Below, in pieces: positions 62,461 to 64,000 of a stretch of 64,000 nt of DNA; the first letter of the stretch is position 1, and each line of letters begins with the position of its first letter. A program made the position numbers and the translations under genes. The DNA is from a virus (Duplodnaviria; Caudoviricetes): the IMG/VR virus record IMGVR_UViG_3300005680_000030, positions 1,452 to 65,451 of that record. One strand, written 5' to 3'. The notes under the pieces were generated by a model. The model ran no database searches. It saw only the letters and a list, made by a program, of their open reading frames with translations, and was not told where the DNA came from.

Positions 62461-62597
62461 CCCGCCCCCTCCCGCCCGCCGCCGCGGATCACCCCGAGGC
62501 CAGCCCCCGCGCGGGCGAGGCCGCACGAGCAGATGAAAGGCCGTCGACGTCCTTGGCCGGACACCACAGCGCGGGCGGCGGCGGACGCGAGGGGGTG

Positions 62598-62954
62598 ATG
62601 CGGCCGAAGCGCATCCAACTGAAGCGGACGAAGGGATGGAAGAAGCCCGCTGGCGCGGTCGTCGTGTGCCGCCCTGGCGCGTTCGGCAACCCGTTCACCG
62701 TGAGCGCCGCCGAGGAAGCCGGGTATACGCGACGAGGCGCCGTTTCAGCGTTTGAGGACTGGTTGGCGGGCAATCCATGGGCCTGTGGCTCGGACCTGTT
62801 TGAGGCGAAGCGCCTGGCGATCCTGAGCCGGCTCTACGAGCTGCGCGGCAGAGACCTCGCGTGCTGGTGCCCGCTCGACGCACCGTGCCACGCGGACGTC
62901 CTGATCGACCTGGCGAACCAGCCCGAACTCGAGGACGCATCTCATGCCGGCTGA
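62598..62954 (+). CDS. DUF4326 protein, copy 2 (in-frame upstream remnant from 62457)
   Basis: Same motifs as copy 1; 3' half nearly identical in DNA. Confidence 0.85.
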   Translation: MRPKRIQLKRTKGWKKPAGAVVVCRPGAFGNPFTVSAAEEAGYTRRGAVSAFEDWLAGNPWACGSDLFEAKRLAILSRLYELRGRDLACWCPLDAPCHADVLIDLANQPELEDASHAG

Positions 62955-63126
62955 CCCCACCGCTTACCGCCGGGCCGGGCTGATCGACCCGGAGCGGTAT
63001 CTGACCACCCGCCCCGCGACGCGTCACGTCTCGCCGCCGGGCCTGCCGCCGCAGCCGACGTGGGAGCCCGTGCGGCACGGATGGTTCGCGCGGCTGCTCG
63101 ACGTGCTGATGGGGAGGCCGGGGTGA
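62944..63126 (+). CDS. Internally deleted paralogue of the 61634 gene
   Basis: Same N- and C-termini, 60 aa versus 101 aa. Confidence 0.5.
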   Translation: MPADPTAYRRAGLIDPERYLTTRPATRHVSPPGLPPQPTWEPVRHGWFARLLDVLMGRPG

Positions 63127-63383
63127 TGAAACGGTTCGTCGCATTCTCCATCATGGATGCCTCCCGCCCTTCTGGCGGCATGGACGACTGCTGCGGCCTG
63201 TTCGACAGGATTGACGATGCAAAGGCCGCTGCTCTCCGAGAGCACAAGGACACTTTCGGCCGCTACGCGCGGGCCGAAATCGCTGAGGTCTGGGACACGG
63301 AGACCGACGAGGTCCATTGGAGCGCGCTCTGGGAGGGTGTGGGCACGGCTTGGGAGGTCATTCCCCGCGAGGACCGACCATGA
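63126..63383 (+). CDS. Hypothetical protein
   Basis: MKRFVAFS...GGMDDCCGLFD...AEVWDTET. Confidence 0.65.
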   Translation: MKRFVAFSIMDASRPSGGMDDCCGLFDRIDDAKAAALREHKDTFGRYARAEIAEVWDTETDEVHWSALWEGVGTAWEVIPREDRP

Positions 63384-63580
63384 CCCGCCCCCTCCCGCCC
63401 GCCGCCGCGGATCAGCCCGAGGCCAGCCCCCGCGCGGGCGAGGCCGAAGTCGCCCTGGTCGAGGCGATGTTCGTTGCGCACTACGGCGGCACGCCAGCGG
63501 ACGCGTTGCAGGGCCTCGGCGTCGACGGGCTCGACTACGAGCGCAAGGCGATGCGCCGGGTTCTCGCGGTGGTGCGGTAG
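63380..63580 (+). CDS. Hypothetical protein
   Basis: Shares the MTRPLPPAAAD leader with the 62457 remnant. Confidence 0.55.
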   Translation: MTRPLPPAAADQPEASPRAGEAEVALVEAMFVAHYGGTPADALQGLGVDGLDYERKAMRRVLAVVR

Positions 63581-63633
63581 CGTATGCCCGGACAAAACAG
63601 CGCGGGCGGCGGCGGACGCGAGGGGGCGCGGTG

Positions 63634-63921
63634 ATGGAGGACGAAGCTATGACTGATGCCGAGCGTTCGGCGCGTGACGCTCTCGCATGGGCGATCGAAG
63701 AGACCTCGCTCTACCTGCCGCCGATGTTGCGCCAGCCTGGCGGGTGGAAGTGGGATGCCGACGACCTGTCGCTGTTCCGCCTGCGCGACGAGGGAGAGTT
63801 TCGTTTTCATGTCGCCGCGGAACGTCGCGGATCGCGCAAGGTCCGGATCGCGGTCATGTCCATCATGGACGACGATGGGAAGGCGACATGGGAGGCCGAT
63901 ATGCCGCCGGTGCGCACATGA
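63634..63921 (+). CDS. Hypothetical protein
   Basis: 95-aa ORF; stop coupled to the next ATG. Confidence 0.55.
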   Translation: MEDEAMTDAERSARDALAWAIEETSLYLPPMLRQPGGWKWDADDLSLFRLRDEGEFRFHVAAERRGSRKVRIAVMSIMDDDGKATWEADMPPVRT

Positions 63922-64000
63922 CCCCGTGCCCCGCCTGCGCCGAGCACCTGGAGACGATCCGCGCCCTCGGCGAGACGTGCGACCGGCTGGTGCGGGAGCG
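63918..64000 (+). CDS. Hypothetical protein (partial, runs off the window)
   Basis: MTPCPACAEHLETIRALG...; ATGA coupling. Confidence 0.5.
   Translation, partial: MTPCPACAEHLETIRALGETCDRLVRE

Larger units (their letters stand above)
61492..63626 (+). repeat. Mosaic direct repeats: 195 bp (61492-61686 / 62802-62996), 67 bp (62457-62523 / 63380-63446), 39 bp (62557-62595 / 63588-63626)
   Basis: Aligned by eye: about 7, 1 and 2 mismatches respectively. Confidence 0.88.
1..64000. mobile_element. Near-complete temperate podovirus-type phage/prophage genome (Bcep22/BPP-1-like gene content)
   Basis: Integrase, repressors, replication, terS/terL, portal, N4-gp56-type capsid, short-tail hub genes, ejection proteins and lysis genes; no tape measure or tail tube gene; no host genes seen. 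Confidence 0.93.

Noticed and set aside
1-64000. CRISPR array, reverse transcriptase/DGR, shufflon, IS transposase, rRNA
   Set aside because: No regularly spaced repeat-spacer array, no YxDD RT motif in a credible ORF, no invertase with inverted crossover sites, no DDE transposase, no rRNA-like sequence seen.

Overview
The whole window is one high-GC (about 70% by eye) temperate phage genome with podovirus-type virion genes, most likely from an alphaproteobacterial host (inference). No host housekeeping genes are visible. Order: xis-like gene, tyrosine integrase and HNH cassette (+, 1-2176). Then a long minus-strand late region: lysis, tailspike/fibre genes, a tRNA-Met(CAT), a ~4580-aa DarB-like polyvalent protein, ejection proteins, tail hub, capsid, scaffold, portal, terL, a small-gene insert and terS. 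Next come a plus-strand Dcm/XRE pair, a minus-strand replication/methylase operon, an immunity region with two paralogous XRE repressors, and a plus-strand early operon (RecT, NinB-like, HNH, DUF5131, DUF4326 x2, small methylase) running off the right end. The layout resembles Bcep22/BPP-1-type phages (recalled, not searched). With int next to the lysis end, it looks like a circularly joined (attP) or tandem form. Strongest unexplained signals: (1) a 19-bp imperfect palindrome in about 10 copies on late promoters and gene starts, plus one copy in the promoter of a second repressor, suggesting a second, multi-operator immunity system; (2) an 80-codon TnpV-like gene nested out of frame in the giant gene; (3) a circularly permuted RTX-adhesin repeat inserted in the tail nozzle protein; (4) two parallel small-protomer plus repeat-protein fibre cassettes; (5) short AT-rich synonymous patches at conserved motifs. 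All family assignments come from motif recognition only; no searches were run.
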